Below the pieces are notes generated by a model. It was not told the DNA's origin. It saw only the letters and a program-made list of their open reading frames with translations, and searched no databases. A stretch of 64,000 nucleotides of DNA from an uncultured delta proteobacterium (lineage in GTDB: Bacteria; Myxococcota_A; Polyangia; Polyangiales; Houyiibacteriaceae). Below, one piece after another: positions 41,547-51,987 of the stretch (within the stretch, counting starts at the first letter, position 1; the number at the start of each line of letters is the position of its first letter). The DNA lies in the NCBI GenBank assembly GCA_963842915.1, contig CAWJII010000004.1, positions 264,158 through 328,157 of the forward strand, given 5' to 3'. Both the position numbers and the translations under genes were made by a program.

Positions 41547-42200
41547 TCAGGCGAAGAGCAGTCCGAGAGCGAACGAGGCGAAACCGACCAAGGCGCCCCA
41601 AAGCGGGCCTCGAGCGCCGACCCATTGAAAACGCCCAGCCGAATCGAAGCCGCTCCGCGCCAGTTGAACCAACGCGCCAATCCAGACCGCCATTCCCAAC
41701 AAGAGCAGTGCGCCCCAAAATGGAGCGGGAGAGATTTCATCGCTCAGAAGGCGGCGATGGTCTGCAGCCAACTGCTCGGCGCTCAGACTAGCATCGATGG
41801 CGGCGCTTCGATCCAGAGCCATCAGACGCGCGATCTGGTCGTTGGCGTTCTCGCGCGCAGGGTGCGGACCCGAATAGAGGGTTCGACCAGCTGCAACCCC
41901 GCCCGACAGCGACCGCCAGGCCAAGAGGGCTCCGTTCAGGTCTCCCTCGGCCTCGAGCTCCCCCGCGAGCGACTCCAGCTCGGAGATCGCCTCGGCACTG
42001 TATGGGCTGAGCGGGAAGGCCCAGCGTATGGCGCGGCGATAGTGCTCGATGGCGCGGGCGGTCCGACCTTCCTCGCGGTGGCCGCTCGCGGTGGCGAGCT
42101 CTCTGTGTGACTCGGAGGCAACGCGTCCGACGAGCAGCGCGAGCAAAGCGAGGATCGCGAACCCAGCCAGGATGCCGGAACGCTCCCAGACGGGTCTCAC
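41547..42200 (-). CDS. Hypothetical membrane protein (N-terminal TM, TPR-like middle, two C-terminal TMs)
   Basis: Hydrophobic segments; 4-nt overlap with the upstream permease gene. Confidence 0.5.
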   Translation of the reverse strand: MRPVWERSGILAGFAILALLALLVGRVASESHRELATASGHREEGRTARAIEHYRRAIRWAFPLSPYSAEAISELESLAGELEAEGDLNGALLAWRSLSGGVAAGRTLYSGPHPARENANDQIARLMALDRSAAIDASLSAEQLAADHRRLLSDEISPAPFWGALLLLGMAVWIGALVQLARSGFDSAGRFQWVGARGPLWGALVGFASFALGLLFA

Positions 42201-43132
42201 AGGAAGTCTCTGCGACGGAAGATCAGAGCGGCGATGATGAGCGTGGCTGCGGCGTAGAGGACCGCGTAGCCCATGGCGGTCGCTAGATAGGTCAGCGGCT
42301 CGCCGTACTCGGCCGTCTTGTTCACCAGGGTGTTTCGACCAGGGACAAAGAGATTGAAGTTGGGCAGGAACTCGGCAAGCCAGCGCAGTACGCTCTTCAT
42401 TGCGGGGCTGAGAACTCGGGTCTCCATGGCAACCATGTCGTGCGCAGCCCGGCCGACGAGCCAGACCCCGAAAGTAAACGCGCCGGTGAGAAAGGGCGTC
42501 GAAAACGAAGAGAACAGGAGCGCCACGGCGGTCAGAATGAGCACCTCACCCAAGCTCAGCAGCAAGGACGCGAGCAACTGGAAGATGTCCCCATGGACCG
42601 TCGAACAAAGCCAAGCCGCTGCGCCGAGCGCAAGCAGAGACCAGATCGGCACGACCAGGGTGCGATCCTTGGCAAACACAAAGGCGATGCCGAGGCCGAC
42701 GAGCAAAGCGCTAGGCACGGCGATCACCGCAGTCGTGGATGCCTCGGCCTGGATGGCGGTCACCAGGAGCTGAAGCGCCCCCATGATCGCGATGAACACC
42801 GCGCAGGTCGCAACGATACCGAAGTACTTGCCCAGCAAAAACTCGAATCGTGCGATCGGCTTTGGAAGAATCACGTACAGCGTCTTGCGCTCGATCTCTT
42901 TGTACAGAAGCGAAGAGCCGAGGAAGATCGCTACCACTACCGAGAAGAGCGAGATCGACGCGAGCCCGAGGTCGGTGACGACGCGCATCTGCTGATCGAG
43001 CGAAAGCTCACCGAGCGCCAAGGTCATCGCGAGGACGGCCGCCGCCAGGGCGAGCACGCCAAACAAGACCCGGTCGCGAACCGCTTCACGATAGGTGTTC
43101 AAGGCGATGGCGTAGATTCGTGCAACGCTCAC
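42197..43132 (-). CDS. ABC-2 type transporter permease-like membrane protein
   Basis: About 6-8 TM helices; N-terminal IALNTYREAVRDRVL motif is typical of the ABC-2/NosY-like permease family. Confidence 0.6.
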   Translation of the reverse strand: MSVARIYAIALNTYREAVRDRVLFGVLALAAAVLAMTLALGELSLDQQMRVVTDLGLASISLFSVVVAIFLGSSLLYKEIERKTLYVILPKPIARFEFLLGKYFGIVATCAVFIAIMGALQLLVTAIQAEASTTAVIAVPSALLVGLGIAFVFAKDRTLVVPIWSLLALGAAAWLCSTVHGDIFQLLASLLLSLGEVLILTAVALLFSSFSTPFLTGAFTFGVWLVGRAAHDMVAMETRVLSPAMKSVLRWLAEFLPNFNLFVPGRNTLVNKTAEYGEPLTYLATAMGYAVLYAAATLIIAALIFRRRDFL

Positions 43133-43740
43133 GGGCCCATCCAGTACGCTCGCCCGGTCACGAAATGACTCAGGACATTAATCGCCAGCAGGAAGATCAC
43201 GGCGGAACAAAGGATACCGCCAAGCTCCAGCCAGCGTGAACTTTCGGGCCTCTGCACAAAGCCCGATGCGCGGACCGAAGCCGCCATCCCCTGCGACAGG
43301 AAGAGCCCAAGCGCGCCGAGCCCGGCGAGGTAGTAAATCAGGACGGCGGGGCGTGACAGGAACTCGCGCAGCAGCTCGTACTGGCTCAGGGCAACCGGTC
43401 CCACGCGGACGGTCATCACCCAGTGCAGGACGAGGTGGGCGACGACCAGGCCCCAGGCGAGCCCACCGGTCAACTTCTGCAAACGCCAGCAATCCGACGA
43501 ACGGTACGGGCCGGTGCTGCCAGCTGCCTCCAGCTGAAGAATGCTCCAGCCGCGCGCATAGGCACCGAGGGAGCCCAGGACCAGGACTGTCCAGATCAGC
43601 AGCCAAAGCCAAGTGGCGGGCGACGCGGTCGCAAAGGCGCTCGCTCCGCCGATCGCGGGCCAGAGCCGGCTCAGCTCCAACACGTAAAGAACAGCGAGAG
43701 GCCAAACCGTAAGGGCGATGTGGCGGCGATAGCGCGGCAC
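43129..43740 (-). CDS. Hypothetical polytopic membrane protein (5 TM; possibly cytochrome b-like)
   Basis: Five hydrophobic helices with conserved-looking His (VAHLVLHW, LSHF); 4-nt overlap with the permease gene. Confidence 0.45.
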   Translation of the reverse strand: MPRYRRHIALTVWPLAVLYVLELSRLWPAIGGASAFATASPATWLWLLIWTVLVLGSLGAYARGWSILQLEAAGSTGPYRSSDCWRLQKLTGGLAWGLVVAHLVLHWVMTVRVGPVALSQYELLREFLSRPAVLIYYLAGLGALGLFLSQGMAASVRASGFVQRPESSRWLELGGILCSAVIFLLAINVLSHFVTGRAYWMGP

Positions 43741-43778
43741 GGAGTACTACCTAACGCCCGGGTCTTTCGCTGGTCAAT

Positions 43779-44690
43779 TTACTTCAACGCGGGGACCTTG
43801 CTGGAGCCATCCGTCCGCCGATGGAGGCCCAGGAGCGTCAGCGGCTCTTCGGACAAGGTCATGCGAATCCGGTCGCCGATCCCGACGGGATACACTTTCT
43901 GCGTCCCGTCGAGGAAGATCCGGCCCATGGTCATCCGGCTGCTGATCTCGAGCGCGTCGCCCCGAGCGAACATGCCCTTGGTGAGTCGATACTTGTGGTC
44001 GACGCCCCGGTAGGGCTCACGGACGACGAACTGTATCTTTTGGGAGCCTATGGGAAGCACCTTGCCTCCAGCGGAACGAATCGCGGCCGTCGAACCGGCC
44101 GCGGGGCCGACCCAGACGCCACTCGACATCTGACGCTCTTGGTCGCCGCCGAAGCTCAAAATGTAGCGCGAGGTCGCAGCGGGGCTCTCATGGCAGTAGA
44201 GGAGGTCGTTGAGCACGCGCGTCGATATGATCTTGTCCTCGACATCGACCCGCATTCGCGAGAGGCGAGTGGATTTCAGGGTTCCGTCGAGGGCAGCGGC
44301 CAGCACCTCGGCGACATTGTTCCCGTTCCCAGCGCAGAAGTAGCCGACGCTGGTGTCCGGGGCACTGTTGATCGCGAGCATCGGAGTGGAGGAGTCCGCC
44401 AGGTGAGAGGCCCACAGGAGCGTGCCATCACCTCCGAGCGTGACGATCATGTCCCAGGCGCCTTCTTCGGGCATCGGCTCGGGGCGGTATCGCAGCACGG
44501 CCCGCGCTCCAAGGTCGCGAAGCGCCTGTTTCGCGCGATGCAGGCTCGCCTGATGGACCTCGTGCTCGTGCAGAAGGCCGTCGACCGAAACATCGCTGTG
44601 CTCGATCAGCTCCTGAAGCCGTGCCTGCGCGCGACCCACATAGCGCTGGTAGGTGCTTTTCTTATAAACGACGAGGACTCTAGGTCGCAT
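43779..44690 (-). CDS. nadK: NAD(+) kinase
   Basis: VTLGGDGTLL motif and a C-terminal beta-sandwich-like region. Confidence 0.9.
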   Translation of the reverse strand: MRPRVLVVYKKSTYQRYVGRAQARLQELIEHSDVSVDGLLHEHEVHQASLHRAKQALRDLGARAVLRYRPEPMPEEGAWDMIVTLGGDGTLLWASHLADSSTPMLAINSAPDTSVGYFCAGNGNNVAEVLAAALDGTLKSTRLSRMRVDVEDKIISTRVLNDLLYCHESPAATSRYILSFGGDQERQMSSGVWVGPAAGSTAAIRSAGGKVLPIGSQKIQFVVREPYRGVDHKYRLTKGMFARGDALEISSRMTMGRIFLDGTQKVYPVGIGDRIRMTLSEEPLTLLGLHRRTDGSSKVPALK

Positions 44691-44726
44691 GCATGACTCG
44701 TGGTGAGGTTCGCGACTCGTCGCGCC

Positions 44727-45374
44727 TTACCCGGTCGGGATCTTCTTCGCGTCGGCCAGAAACCGCTCGAGGCCGATGTCAGTGAGGGGGTGCTTGAGTA
44801 GCTGGAGAATCACGTTGTGCGGAATCGTCGCTACGTGGGCGCCGATGAGTGCAGCCTGTACGGCGTGCACGGGATGGCGAATGCTCGCCGCGAGGACCTG
44901 TGTGCTGAGCCCGTAGTTCTGGTAGATGGTGACGAGCTGCTCGACGAGCTCCATCCCATTGCCGCTGATGTCGTCGATGCGGCCGATGAAAGGGCTGATG
45001 TACGTGGCGCCCGCCTTTGCGGCGAGCAGCCCCTGCGTCGGGCTGAAACAGAGCGTGACGTTGGTACGGATGCCTTCGTCGGTGAGGGTTCGCACCGTCT
45101 TGAGTCCCTCGGCAATCAAGGGAATCTTGACGACGATGTTCTCGTGCATCTTCGCGAGAGCCCGCGCCTCTTTGAGCATCCCTTCGTAGTCGGTCGCAAT
45201 CACCTCGGCGCTTATCGGCCCGTCGACGACCTCGCAAATGTCGACGAGCACCTCTTGGAAGGGCCGCCCTGTCTTGGCGACGAGCGAGGGATTGGTGGTC
45301 ACGCCATCGATGACGCCCATGGCCGCGGCATCGCGGATCTCCTCGATATCCGCGGTGTCGATGAAAATCTGCAT
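44727..45374 (-). CDS. tal: Transaldolase / fructose-6-phosphate aldolase (type 3B, about 215 aa)
   Basis: [27 protein letters not shown] (Schiff-base Lys), [13 protein letters not shown]. Confidence 0.92.
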   Translation of the reverse strand: MQIFIDTADIEEIRDAAAMGVIDGVTTNPSLVAKTGRPFQEVLVDICEVVDGPISAEVIATDYEGMLKEARALAKMHENIVVKIPLIAEGLKTVRTLTDEGIRTNVTLCFSPTQGLLAAKAGATYISPFIGRIDDISGNGMELVEQLVTIYQNYGLSTQVLAASIRHPVHAVQAALIGAHVATIPHNVILQLLKHPLTDIGLERFLADAKKIPTG

Positions 45375-45682
45375 GGGGCAAGTAAAGAGCGACAGACTCG
45401 CAGGGTCAAGCAGAGCCTGCGCTCAGTCGAACGCCACGGAGAAACACCGGTATCCCATCACTCGACGAGCTCCAGCTCGATCTCCACCTCGTCGCTAGCA
45501 GGCAGGCGCTCAGGGTCGGGCGCGGATTGGGAGCAGACGACCAAGCTCGCCAAAACGGCGGCGATCAGCCACAGGAAGAGGCCCCCTGGGGTCCATTTGC
45601 TCTTTGCGCGCACCTGCAGACCCTTTCGAAAGCCGTTCTGTCGCGGTATTGAAGAATAGGCAACCGAGGTCGTCCAAACGGC

Positions 45683-46924
45683 ATGCGGAGATTTCTTACA
45701 GTTTTCATCGTCCTGGTCGCGTGGAGCGGTAGCGCCTTCGCCGAGAACAAGAGCGGCAAGGTAGATGCTTCGGTCGCGCGGCTGGGCGGGCTGAGCGTCG
45801 AAGAACGGGCAGTGCTCGGGCCGCACCTCGCGCACGGCCCCGTTTTGCTGACCGAGTTCCTGAATCGGCAGACGGACCTTCCCGCGGTGATCTACGCGGC
45901 ACGTATCAACGCGCCTGCGAATACGCTCGCTCAGGTGATCGGAAAACCGGCAGAGTATCCGCGCTTCATGAACGCACTGACTTCGGTCGACATCCGCGAA
46001 GTGAACGGACAGATGACGGCCTTCGACTGGAGCTGGGGGGTCACGCTGTTCTCACTCAGCGGCCAGAACGTGATGACGAGCTACCCGGGCGACGCGACGC
46101 GTGGCTACCGCTTCGACATCCGGACCATCGGTGGGGACCTCGGCATCGGGCGCGTCATGTGGCGCGTCTACCCGGATGGCCCGAACAGGTCGATCGTCGT
46201 CTTCTCTTCGAGGCTCGACATGCGCAACGCGAACTACATTACGCGTCAGCTCGCCTCGGAGGGCAACGCGGTGAATCGAACCGTCAACGTCGCGGTAGCC
46301 ATGGTCACCCTGCTCGAGATCAAGGCTGAAGCCGAGCGACGCGCAGGCACGACCATCAATGGACTCTATGCTGTGAAGCCGCTTCGCCGTCCGCGGGTGG
46401 ACATGGACGCACTGCGCCCACTGCTCGGTCGCGGGGACTTGGTGTTCATGGACATGGACGGAGAGACGCTGCAAAGCGTCGCTGTCGTGGGCCGCTCCGG
46501 CGCGAGTGAAAGGCGAGTGCGCCAGGTGATGCTGGACCCAGAGGAATTCGGCAAATCGCTGCTCCACGGGACCTGCGCAGACGTCGTCGAGCGCAGCGAT
46601 AAGGGCACTAGGTTCAAATGGGAGATCCCGATCCCCCTGCTCCACGTCGGCGGAGAGATGATCTTGCGACCCAGCCCTACCGTGGTCTCGATCGATGGCA
46701 TCTCCGGTACGCTCTCAAAGGGCCGGTGGCGGTTTGATACGCACCGCTACCCCGGCGGGGAGGCGGGGGTCATCGCCTGGGCGACTTTCGACCCGGCGGA
46801 CTCCCCAAAGCTCATTCGCAAGTTGATCGCGGGGAACACTCACTTCTCCCACGGCTTCGTCGCTGCGACCCAGCTCGCAGTGATGCGTTCGCTTCGAACG
46901 CGCGTGCACTTGCTCGGCCGCTAA
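45683..46924 (+). CDS. Secreted hypothetical protein
   Basis: Signal peptide VLVAWSGSAFA-EN; 413 aa with coding-like composition; no family recognised by eye. Confidence 0.6.
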   Translation: MRRFLTVFIVLVAWSGSAFAENKSGKVDASVARLGGLSVEERAVLGPHLAHGPVLLTEFLNRQTDLPAVIYAARINAPANTLAQVIGKPAEYPRFMNALTSVDIREVNGQMTAFDWSWGVTLFSLSGQNVMTSYPGDATRGYRFDIRTIGGDLGIGRVMWRVYPDGPNRSIVVFSSRLDMRNANYITRQLASEGNAVNRTVNVAVAMVTLLEIKAEAERRAGTTINGLYAVKPLRRPRVDMDALRPLLGRGDLVFMDMDGETLQSVAVVGRSGASERRVRQVMLDPEEFGKSLLHGTCADVVERSDKGTRFKWEIPIPLLHVGGEMILRPSPTVVSIDGISGTLSKGRWRFDTHRYPGGEAGVIAWATFDPADSPKLIRKLIAGNTHFSHGFVAATQLAVMRSLRTRVHLLGR

Positions 46925-47133
46925 TCTTCGTCGGCCAAGGCATCGGTGTCGACCCCGGCGTCGACCAGGGTACCCCCAAAAGCGCCTGCGGCATCTGCAC
47001 CGGCATCAACCCCGCCATCGAGCCCCGCATCGGGGAGTAGGCTCCGGTCGAAATCGACCACGAAGGAGCACGCTCCTACCAAAACGACGAGCAGCAAGCT
47101 AGCGACGGCAAAGGTGAGTCCGAATCGCGACAT
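46921..47133 (-). CDS. Small acidic lipoprotein (70 aa)
   Basis: Lipobox LVGAC; the start lies immediately after the stop of the upstream gene (47135); Asp/Gly/Ala-rich tail. Confidence 0.45.
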   Translation of the reverse strand: MSRFGLTFAVASLLLVVLVGACSFVVDFDRSLLPDAGLDGGVDAGADAAGAFGGTLVDAGVDTDALADED

Positions 47134-47134
47134 G

Positions 47135-48124
47135 TCAGAACCGCAAGGTCGCCGAAGCGCCGACTCCTCGTGTCTCGATTTGCAGCCGCGCCGACTCGCC
47201 TTCGCGCTTCCGCTTGTTCTTGTGGGTCATGAAAAGCGTGAACGAGGTGATCGCGGACAGGGCGGCCAAGCCAAAGGAGAGATCGGCGAAAAGGGCAAGA
47301 CGCTCGCCCCGATCGGCGGACTGCTGGGTCGGCTGGCTGTCGTAGTTCCGGTTTTCCTGTAGGGCCAAGAAGCCCAACACCGTGCCCGTTACCAGGGATG
47401 CGGCTGCGATGCTTCCGGTGGAAATCACCGCGCGCCGGATCGTCTGATCCTCGTTTTCGATCGCGAGCTGCTTGGCGAGTCTTGCTTCTTCGCTTTGCTC
47501 GACGCTGACTTGGTCGGTCGTCGACGCGCCGAAATCCAGGTCTTTCACCTCGCCGTACCCGACCTGAACCGTGATCTCGCCCACCTGCGTTCCCTCGCCG
47601 ACGACGACGACCGTGTGCGTGCCCGGGTCGACTTCGAGCTCGGCCGGGGTCTTCTTTTTGCTGGGAACGCCGTCGAGCAAGATCGCTCGGCCTTCCTCCT
47701 TCGAACGAATCCGCAGTACCGCGGGGCTCTGCAGAAGCGTCGCGATGCGCGCCTCGACCGATGCACGGTCTGGAGCGTCGGGCCGTTCGACCAGGTACTG
47801 CTCCAGCATGGCGACGGCGCCGGGCTCATCGCCGCGACGATGTCGCGTGTCGGCCACTGCCACCAGGAGGGTCGGGTCTCGCTCCAAGGCGTACGCCCGG
47901 AGCCAGGCCTGCTCAGCCGGTTCGTAGCGCTTCGCCTCGAAGAACCGGACGCCCAGCTCATAGGCATCCGTCGCGGTAGTCGCCGGATTAGCGAGCGAGG
48001 CGCTCAGCTCATCGTCGGAAGGCAAGGGCGTGCCACCCTCGAGCTTGGAAGTGTCGCTGGCAGGCTGCGCAGCCGCATGGGCTGCGAGCCCAACAATCAG
48101 CAGCGTGGAGAGCAGCGATCTCAT
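47135..48124 (-). CDS. Secreted TPR plus PEGA-domain protein with C-terminal TM segment
   Basis: Signal peptide AAHAAAQ; TPR-like helices; PEGA-like RIRSKEEGRAILLDGVPSKKKTPAELEVDPGTHTVVV. Confidence 0.65.
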   Translation of the reverse strand: MRSLLSTLLIVGLAAHAAAQPASDTSKLEGGTPLPSDDELSASLANPATTATDAYELGVRFFEAKRYEPAEQAWLRAYALERDPTLLVAVADTRHRRGDEPGAVAMLEQYLVERPDAPDRASVEARIATLLQSPAVLRIRSKEEGRAILLDGVPSKKKTPAELEVDPGTHTVVVVGEGTQVGEITVQVGYGEVKDLDFGASTTDQVSVEQSEEARLAKQLAIENEDQTIRRAVISTGSIAAASLVTGTVLGFLALQENRNYDSQPTQQSADRGERLALFADLSFGLAALSAITSFTLFMTHKNKRKREGESARLQIETRGVGASATLRF

Positions 48125-48129
48125 CGAGC

Positions 48130-48525
48130 CTAGGGGGCTCCCGCAGCGCCGCCCGCGCCAGCCATCCCAGCGGCGCCAGCTGCTCCGCCCGCGCCGGCCA
48201 TGCCAGCTCCACCGCCTGCGCCAGCTGCGCCTGCTGCTCCACCCACGCCAGCCATTCCTGCTGCGCCGCCTGCGCCGCCGATGCCAGCCATGCCGCCCGC
48301 CCCGGCGTCACCACCCATGCCGCCGACACCGCAGTTTTCGACCCTTTCACAGGAGCCCTGGGTGAAAGGACTGCCCAAGTGACAGCAGATTAGAGAGCCG
48401 TTGCACTCATCATTCTGAAAGCAGGTCGTGCCCTCATCGCCCGTGCAGGCGAGCAGGAGAACAAAGAAAGCCGAAGAAAGCCACAACAAGGGGGAGGTGA
48501 TGATTCGCATGAGCGGGGCGAGCAT
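48130..48525 (-). CDS. Lipoprotein with Cys-rich module and Gly/Ala/Met repeat tail
   Basis: Lipobox LLLACTG; CFQNDECNGSLICCH...C...C; then about 70 aa of (A/M)GxGGAAG-type repeats. Confidence 0.55.
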   Translation of the reverse strand: MLAPLMRIITSPLLWLSSAFFVLLLACTGDEGTTCFQNDECNGSLICCHLGSPFTQGSCERVENCGVGGMGGDAGAGGMAGIGGAGGAAGMAGVGGAAGAAGAGGGAGMAGAGGAAGAAGMAGAGGAAGAP

Positions 48526-48600
48526 AGCTCAGAGGTCTTCGGGGGGCCACGCTCCCGCCGGCTCGATCGACGGCCGCCCCCCGCTACACTCCCGCCCCCC

Positions 48601-49539
48601 ATGACTACCCCCGAGAATCAAGCCGATGCGCCGCGCGCGGGCCGATGTGCGATCGTCGGGCGACCCAATGTCGGGAAATCGACGCTGCTCAACTCGCTCC
48701 TCGGGCAGAAGCTGGTGATCGCGACGCCACGGCCCGGCACGACGAGGTCCTGCGTGCTCGGGGTGTACGCTTCGAACGATCCGCTGACGCAGGTGGCCTT
48801 CGTGGACACGCCTGGCTTGGAGCGGCCCAAGGGTGCGCTTGGCCGAGTGCTCATCGACAGCGCTAGACAAGGGCTGGTCGACTGCGATTCGATCGTCTTC
48901 GTGACCGAGGCGCCCAAGCCGGGTGCAGCGCTAGGGGTTCACGAAAAAGATCGCACCGCCCTGCAAGCCTTGGAGTCCTCGAACGTGCCGGTGATCCTCG
49001 CGATCAACAAGGTCGACCGGCTCAAAGTCAAAGAGAGGCTCTTTGGAATCATCGAGGCGTATCAGAAGAATCGCGCCTTCGCGGCCGTCGTGCCGATTTC
49101 CGCAACGCGGGGAATCAACTTGGATGCGCTGATCGGCGAAATCCGTCAGACCCTGCCCGAGGGGCTCCTCTACGACGCGGATTTTCTGACCGACCGGCCG
49201 GAGCGCTTCTTCGTGAGCGAGCTCATTCGTGAGGCGGCCATGCTCAACACTCGACAGGAGGTCCCTTACGGGATCGCCTGCGATCTCGAAAGCTATCGCG
49301 AAGAGGGCGCCCTACTCCGAGTAGAAGGCTCACTCATCGTCGAGAAGGCAAGCCACAAGGCGATCGTGATCGGCAGTCGAGGCGAGACGATCAAGAAGAT
49401 CAGCACCGAAGCGCGCCAAGAGATCGAGGCCTTCTTGGGGCGGAAGGTGTATCTGAGACTCTGGGTGAAGGTCGTCCCCGGATGGACCCGCGACCCGAGC
49501 AAGGTGCGCCAGCTGGCGATTGAGGAGAGCGCGTCGTGA
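48601..49539 (+). CDS. era: GTPase Era
   Basis: [12 protein letters not shown] (G1), DTPG (G3), NKVD (G4), C-terminal KH domain. Confidence 0.95.
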   Translation: MTTPENQADAPRAGRCAIVGRPNVGKSTLLNSLLGQKLVIATPRPGTTRSCVLGVYASNDPLTQVAFVDTPGLERPKGALGRVLIDSARQGLVDCDSIVFVTEAPKPGAALGVHEKDRTALQALESSNVPVILAINKVDRLKVKERLFGIIEAYQKNRAFAAVVPISATRGINLDALIGEIRQTLPEGLLYDADFLTDRPERFFVSELIREAAMLNTRQEVPYGIACDLESYREEGALLRVEGSLIVEKASHKAIVIGSRGETIKKISTEARQEIEAFLGRKVYLRLWVKVVPGWTRDPSKVRQLAIEESAS

Positions 49540-50906
49540 GCGGGCGGCGTCGCAACCACGCGCGGAGGCCGGCGGGCTCGATCGTCAACAAGCCCCTGGT
49601 CGCGATCGTCGGCCGTCCGAACGTGGGCAAGAGCACCTTGTTCAATCGCCTGGCCGGGCAGCACATCGCGATCGTGGAGGACATCCCAGGGGTGACCCGG
49701 GACCGCCACTACGCCGATGCCTTCGCCTTCGGCCGCGAGTTCGTGCTGATCGACACGGGCGGATTCGACCCGGAGAGCGACGATCCGATGAAGGCCGGCA
49801 TCACCAGCCAGGTCAGATTGGCGCTCGAAGAGTGCGACGTCGTGGTTTGCGTCGTCGATGCAACCGTCGACCCACTGCCCGCCGACCGCGAAGCGGTTGC
49901 GCTCCTTCGCGACGCGGGCAAGCCGGTAATCTTCGTCGCCAACAAGGCGGACTCCCAGGCAAGGGAGCACTACGCGGTTTCGTACTACGAGCTCGGCATC
50001 GCCTCGATCATGCCGATCTCCGCGCTGCACGGGCGCGGCATCGGCGACTTGGAAGAGGAGATTTTCCATCAACTGCCCGAGGTCCTGGAGATCACGGAGC
50101 CGGAGCTCCGCGTCCCTCGGGTCGCGATCATCGGCAGGCCGAACGCGGGCAAGTCTTCTCTGGTGAACCAGCTCTGCGGCGAAGAGCGTCAGCTCGTCGA
50201 CAACCGGCCCGGGACCACCGTCGACAGCATCGATACTCTGGTCGAGCGCGACGGCCAGAACTTGATCCTAATCGACACGGCCGGGATTCGCCGGAAGCGC
50301 AGCGTGAAGAAGCGCGGAGTCGAAGGCCTGAGCGTACTGCAAGCGATCCGGTCGATCGAACGCTGCCACGTGGTCGTGCTCATGATCGATGCCGAGGATG
50401 GTGTGGGCGAACAGGATGCGAAGATCGCCGGACTGGCTGACGACCGGGGGCGTGCCTTGATCATCGCGCTCAACAAGACCGACCTGCTCGATCGCGATGC
50501 TCAGAAAAAAGCGATGGATCGAGCCCGCGAGGTCTTGGCGTTCGTACCCTGGGCACCGATGGTGACCGTGAGCGCCCTGCGGGGACGGGGAATCCAGGCC
50601 TTGCTCGGGCGTGTGGACGACGCGGTGACCGAGCATCGAAAGCGAATCGGGACCGCCGAGCTCAATCGTTTTTTCGAGGAAGTGCTGGACAAGCACCCTC
50701 CCCCGACGATGCACCATCGCGCGGTTCGCTTGTACTACATCACACAGGCAAGCGTTGCGCCGCCGACGTTCGTCGTCATGACGAACTCACCCGACGACGT
50801 GCACTTCAGCTATCAGCGCTACGTAGTGAACCAGATTCGCCAGCGTTTTGGGTTCAGGGGGACGCCCATTCGTGTGCGCTACCGCGGCAAGAAGGGCCGC
50901 AAGTAG
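49536..50906 (+). CDS. der: Ribosome-associated GTPase Der (EngA)
   Basis: Two GTPase domains ([12 protein letters not shown] / [12 protein letters not shown]; NKAD / NKTD) plus a KH-like C-terminus. ATGA-type overlap with era. Confidence 0.95.
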   Translation: MSGRRRNHARRPAGSIVNKPLVAIVGRPNVGKSTLFNRLAGQHIAIVEDIPGVTRDRHYADAFAFGREFVLIDTGGFDPESDDPMKAGITSQVRLALEECDVVVCVVDATVDPLPADREAVALLRDAGKPVIFVANKADSQAREHYAVSYYELGIASIMPISALHGRGIGDLEEEIFHQLPEVLEITEPELRVPRVAIIGRPNAGKSSLVNQLCGEERQLVDNRPGTTVDSIDTLVERDGQNLILIDTAGIRRKRSVKKRGVEGLSVLQAIRSIERCHVVVLMIDAEDGVGEQDAKIAGLADDRGRALIIALNKTDLLDRDAQKKAMDRAREVLAFVPWAPMVTVSALRGRGIQALLGRVDDAVTEHRKRIGTAELNRFFEEVLDKHPPPTMHHRAVRLYYITQASVAPPTFVVMTNSPDDVHFSYQRYVVNQIRQRFGFRGTPIRVRYRGKKGRK

Positions 50907-51986
50907 CTATGCGCGGGCGGCTCGAAGCGCTTTGAGCGTTTCACGGGCCGAGGGATTGCCGAGCTGACCGCACGCCGCCATGACGCTTCGACCCTTGGTC
51001 ATGCGCTCCCGGACCGGCAGACCTTCAGCCCGAAGCCAGCCGATGAAACGCTCGACCTCGGCCTCTTCGGGCGCGCGCGTGAGCGGCATCGAGCCGGGAT
51101 TGTAAGGGATGAGGTTGACCAGTACCCGGCAGAGCGGCTTGCAGAACTCGGCGACGGCTCGGGCATCGGCCTCGCTGTCATTGAGCCCCGGCAAGAGGCA
51201 GTAGTTGACGCCGAGCACGAAATTGCGGCGTGGCCGGTACGCGATTAGAGCCTTCTGGAGCTCGGCGAGGTCGGTGCGCCGGTTGATCGGCATCAGCTCG
51301 TTTCGGAGTGAGTCGTTGGCCGCGTTCAAGCTGATCGACAGATTGAGCCGCTTGAAGCCAAGCTCGTCGAGCAAGCGAATTCCCTGGACGTGGCCGACGG
51401 TGCAAATCGTCAGACGCTCCTGGCCGATCGCCAAGCCCGCCTCGTCGTTCAAGACTCGCAAGGCCCGCAGGACGCTCTTGGAATTGTCGAGCGCCTCGCC
51501 CATTCCCATGAAGACGATGTTGCGGATCGGCCAGGCAAGCCGGTGCCTCGCGACGAGGAGCTGTGCGATGATCTCGTCGGTCCGAAGCTGCCTCAGCAAG
51601 CCCATACGCCCGGTTTCGCAAAAGGCGCAGCCCATCTTGCAGCCCACCTGACTCGAGACGCAGAGGGTGTAGCGGTCCCGCCCCATGGGGATGCGCACCG
51701 ACTCGATTTCGAGGCCGTCTTCCAATCGCAAGACCATCTTGGCGGTCGTGCCATGGTCACCCTCGTCGGATTTCACGGTCACGAGCTCGGGCAGCTCGAA
51801 CGAGAACTCCGAGCGCCAGGCTTCGGAGGCCTCCGGGCCCAGACCAAGGCTCTCTGGTTCGAAACGGCCCTCGCGCATCACTTGGCGGTGGATACGCCGA
51901 GCCACGCCGTGCCCACGCGGGAGCAGAGCCTTGGCGCGCTCGGCCAAGTCGGCGTTGCTGAGGCCATGAATCGCCTGCTTGCTCAT
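50907..51986 (-). CDS. rlmN: 23S rRNA/tRNA (adenine-C2)-methyltransferase RlmN (radical SAM)
   Basis: CVSSQVGCKMGCAFCETG (CxxxCxxC), NIVFMGMGEAL, second Cys in MAACGQL. Confidence 0.92.
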   Translation of the reverse strand: MSKQAIHGLSNADLAERAKALLPRGHGVARRIHRQVMREGRFEPESLGLGPEASEAWRSEFSFELPELVTVKSDEGDHGTTAKMVLRLEDGLEIESVRIPMGRDRYTLCVSSQVGCKMGCAFCETGRMGLLRQLRTDEIIAQLLVARHRLAWPIRNIVFMGMGEALDNSKSVLRALRVLNDEAGLAIGQERLTICTVGHVQGIRLLDELGFKRLNLSISLNAANDSLRNELMPINRRTDLAELQKALIAYRPRRNFVLGVNYCLLPGLNDSEADARAVAEFCKPLCRVLVNLIPYNPGSMPLTRAPEEAEVERFIGWLRAEGLPVRERMTKGRSVMAACGQLGNPSARETLKALRAARA

Positions 51987-51987
51987 C

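Noticed and set aside
45458-45613. Possible 51-aa lipoprotein (GTG start; ...LIAAVLASLVVCSQSAPDPERLPASDEVEIELELVE) in the tal / secreted-protein intergenic region
   Set aside because: The lipobox-like LVVC and hydrophobic stretch are suggestive. However, the start codon and RBS are weak and the ORF is short, so it was not reported as a feature. It may merit a proteomics check.
48200-48382. 60-aa Pro/Ala-rich plus-strand ORF (MPAPPPAPAAPAAPP...)
   Set aside because: It is the antisense translation of the Gly/Ala repeat tail of the minus-strand lipoprotein and has no start context.
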